A stretch of DNA of 64,000 bases from Mobula hypostoma (Eukaryota): assembly GCF_963921235.1 (NCBI RefSeq), contig NC_086097.1, forward strand, positions 255,132,001-255,196,000. Direction: 5' to 3'. Below, in pieces: positions 60,742 through 64,000 of this stretch. How positions within the stretch are numbered: the stretch's first letter is position 1; each line of letters begins with the position of its first letter. The notes beneath the pieces were generated by a model. It ran no database searches, was not told where the DNA came from, and worked only from the letters and a program-made list of their open reading frames with translations. The translations under genes and the position numbers were made by a program.

Positions 60742-61445
60742 TGTCATGGTCCGGTCGGTGAAGTCCGCATTCTGGTTCACGGTCCGGTCCATGGACTCAG
60801 GACTCCAGGTCTTTCAGCTGTCCCTTGTTTTGGTTATGTTAATCATAGGCACCTGATTCCCATCTTGGGGCTTGGAATATAAGTAGCCTTGGGGTTGGGT
60901 GTGGGCTGCTGGTTTGTTTTGTCAAGATCCTCTGGGAGCAACCTGCCTGTGGAAGGCTAGAGCGGCCACTTGCCATCTTTAGGCTGCGTTGGGGAACCAT
61001 CCTCTAATGGAGCCTTGCTGTCAGTAGTCAGAGCTGTCTTTGTGGTATGAATTCGGCTGTTTCCTGGGCCAGCTGAGTGGCTGCCAGCTACTCCGAGCTA
61101 AGTAGGGATCTGGCTGTTTCCATAGCCAGCTGATGTTGCTGGTCGAACTGAGACTCGGAGCTACCCTGGAGCAGGGATGGAACTGTCTGTTGTTCTTTGG
61201 TGTTGTCTCTTCTTGTCCTTGCCTCCGTGGGATAAGCCAGGCTGTTTTGCCATTGCCCTGCGTGGGGATCTGTCTTGTCTTTGCCTCTGTTGGGTAAGAC
61301 CAGTTGTTCTGCCATTACCCGACGGATGGTCCTGTCCCACCTTGGCGTGGAGAAGTTGAGTCCCGGCTTGTCTAAGTCCCAGCTCTATGTCTATGTACTG
61401 TCCTGTCTCATGTTGGTGTCGTGTTAAAGAAGAGTCCTGTCTTTT
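60742..61445. mobile_element. LTR-like repeat related to family 1 (divergent, truncated)
   Basis: Starts TGTCATGGTCCGG..GAAGTCCGCATTCTGGTTCACGGTCCGG, as in copies at 19526 and 54921. Confidence 0.65.
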
Positions 61446-61446
61446 C

Positions 61447-62767
61447 ACAGAAACATAGAAAATAGGTGCAGGAGTAGGCCATTCGAGAATGCACAGCATT
61501 CAGTATGATCATGGCTGATCATCCAACTCAGAACCCTGTACCAGCCTTCCCGCCCCCCCCCATACCCCCTGATCCTTTTAGCCACAAGGGCAATATCTAA
61601 CTCCCTCTTAAATATAGCCAATGAACTGGCCTCAACTGTTTCCTGTGGGAGAGAATTCCACAGATTCACCACTCTGTGTGAAGAAGTTTTTCCTAATCTC
61701 GGTCCTAAAAGGCTTCCCCTTTATCCTCAAACAGTGACCCCTCGTTCTGGACTTCCCCAATGTCGGGAACAATCTTCCTGCATCTAGCCTGTCCGATCCC
61801 TTTAGGATTTTATATGTTTCAATAAGATCTCCCCTCAATCTTCTAAATTCCAATGAGTATAAGCCTAGTTGATCCAGTCTTTCATTATGTGAAGGTCCTG
61901 CCATCCCAGGAATCAATCTGGTGAACCTTCTTTGTACTCCCTCTGAGGCAAGAATGTCTTTCCTCAGATTAGGGGACCAAAACTGCACACAGTACTCCAG
62001 GTGTGGTCTCACCAACCTTGTCCAACTGCAGTAGTACCTCCCTGCTCCTGTACTCGAATCCTCTCGCTATAAATGCCAGCATACCATTCGCCTTTTTCAC
62101 CGCCTGCTGTATCTGCATGCCCACTTTCAATGACTGGTGTATAATGACACCCAGGTCTCGTTACACTTCCCCTTTTCCTAATCGGCCACCATTCAGATAA
62201 TAATCTGTTTTCCTGTTTTTGCCACCAAAGTGGATAACCTCACATTTATCCACATTAAATTGCATCTGCCATGAATTTGCCCAAGTCACCCTGCATCCTC
62301 ATAGCATCCTCCTCACAGCTAACACTGCCGCCCAGCTTTGTGTCATCCACAAACTTGGAGATGCTGCATTTAATTCCCTCATCTAAGTCATTAATATATA
62401 TTGTAAACAACTGGGGTCCCAGCACTGAGCCTTGCGGTACCCCACTAGTCACTGTCTGCCATTCTGAAAAGGTTCCGTTTATTCCCACTCTTTGCTTCCT
62501 GTCTGCCAACTAATTCTCTATCCACATCAATACCTTACCCCCAATACCGTGTGCTTTAAGTTTGCACACTAATCTCCTGTGTGGGACCTTGCCAAAAGCC
62601 TTTTGAAAATCCAAATATACCGCATCCACTGGTTCTCCCCTATCCACTCTACTAGTTACATCCTCAAAAAATTCTATGAGATTCATCAGACATGATTTTC
62701 CTTTCACAAATCCATGCTGATTTTGTCCGATGATTTCACCGCTTTCCAAATGTGCTTTATTACATCT
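61447..62767 (-). mobile_element. CR1 RT plus 3' UTR, same subfamily as 6051-8340 and 32727-37100
   Basis: ORFs 61632..62015, 62255..62509 and 62510..62749. Confidence 0.93.
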
Positions 62768-63300
62768 ACCTCTCTGTATGTCCTATCTATCACCCTCTCA
62801 GCCTCCCGAAAGATCCAGAGTTTATCCAGATCCAACTCCAACTCCTTAACACAGACTGTTAGAAGCTGTAGCTTGCAGTTGTAGTCATCAGGGACACTGG
62901 AGGTCTCCCTGCCTTCCCACATCCCACAAGAGGAGCATCCAACTATCCTGCCTGGCATGTCTACTGTCCTAACTGAGCAAATGTAAAGAAGGGAGGGGAA
63001 TAACTCTACCCGGAGCTTTTCACTTTTTCCTTCTGACTGCAGCCTCTCTTTGCTGAAGCCTCAAAATCACCGCTCCAATTCTATCCACTCAGACAACGGC
63101 TGCTGTGCTTCCCCTTCCTTCCCTTAATCTGTTCTTGCTAATCTACCCTAAACACTGATTGGTCACTGGTCAAAGCTCATAACTGCCACAAGTTGCTGCC
63201 TTTTCTACTCAGTCAGCTAAGCTGAGTCAATTTCCCTCCTCTCAAGCTTCTGATCTCCCGATTGTTCACTGGTCAGAGCTCCAAACAAATCGCCTTACTA
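62768..63300 (-). mobile_element. CR1 5' UTR and ORF1 N-terminus
   Basis: MPGRIVGCSSCGMWEGRETSSVPDDYNC..VKELELDLD. Confidence 0.8.
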
Positions 63301-63369
63301 GATGAGATCTCTAGTCCATCCAGACTAAGCACTGCCTATGACATTTTCCCTGACTACTTATGCCACCCC

Positions 63370-64000
63370 TCTTTCAAGAATCAGTTGATTCTGGCATGGT
63401 TCCAGAGGAATAGAAAATTGCAAATGTCACTCCACTCTTCAAGAGAAAGGTAGGCAGAAGAAAGGAAATTATAGGGCAGTTAGACTGACCTCGGTGGTTG
63501 GAAAGACGTTGGAGTCAATTGTTAAGAATGTGGTTTTGGGGTACTTGGAGGCACAAGGTAAAAATAGCCCATTGTCAGCATGGTTTCCTCAAGGGAAACT
63601 CTTGACTGACATATCAATTGGAATTCTTTGAGGAAATAACAAACACAATAGACAAGGGAGAATCAGTGGATGTTATGTATTTGGATTTTCAAAGGCCTTT
63701 GACATGATGCCACATGAGGCTGCATAACAAGTCAAGAGCCCATACTATTACAAGAAAGATACTGCTATGGTTAGAGCATTGGCTGCTTGGCAAGAGGCAA
63801 AGAGTGGAAGTAAAGGACATGTTTTCTGATTGGCTGCCAGTGATTAGTGATGTTTCACCAGGGTCGGTGTTGGGACTGATTCTTTTTATTTTATATGTCA
63901 ATAATTTAGATGACAGAATTAATGGCATTGTGGCCAGGTTTGCAGATGATATAAAGATAGGTGGAGGGACAGGTAGTTTTAAGCAAGAAGAGAGGCCATG
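63370..64000 (+). mobile_element. Degraded CR1 RT fragment
   Basis: Nucleotide match to CR1 RT (GATTTTCAAAGGCCTTTGAC, TTTGCAGATGAT). Confidence 0.88.

Overview
Repeat-saturated eukaryotic DNA with no recognisable host protein-coding gene. The repeat families (HER1-like CR1 LINEs with esterase ORF1, GIY-YIG Penelope-like elements) suggest a cartilaginous fish, probably a ray; this is an inference. The backbone is a decaying tandem array of a ~2.1-kb unit: tRNA-Ala(+), tRNA-Arg-ACG(-), intron-containing tRNA-Tyr(+), a CTCF-like site and an old L2/Rex LINE fossil. About ten copies are visible: five young ones at 1.8-17 kb and older ones at 17-18, 28-29, 47-50 and 57.6-58.1 kb. In the young copies only tRNA-Arg remains intact, and units alternate in a dimeric higher-order pattern. 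The array is broken up by many nested CR1 LINEs (one near full length at 32.7-37.1 kb), Rex/Babar and RTE fragments, solo LTRs, a Tc1 fragment, a gag-like fragment, and Penelope-like elements carrying minimal hammerhead ribozyme motifs. Several template-switch inverted duplications and a 158-bp perfect-identity tract are present. I found no convincing wholly new system. The most interesting items are the tRNA/CTCF array architecture and the hammerhead-centred structures. Element boundaries are read by eye and approximate unless a target-site duplication (TSD) is given.
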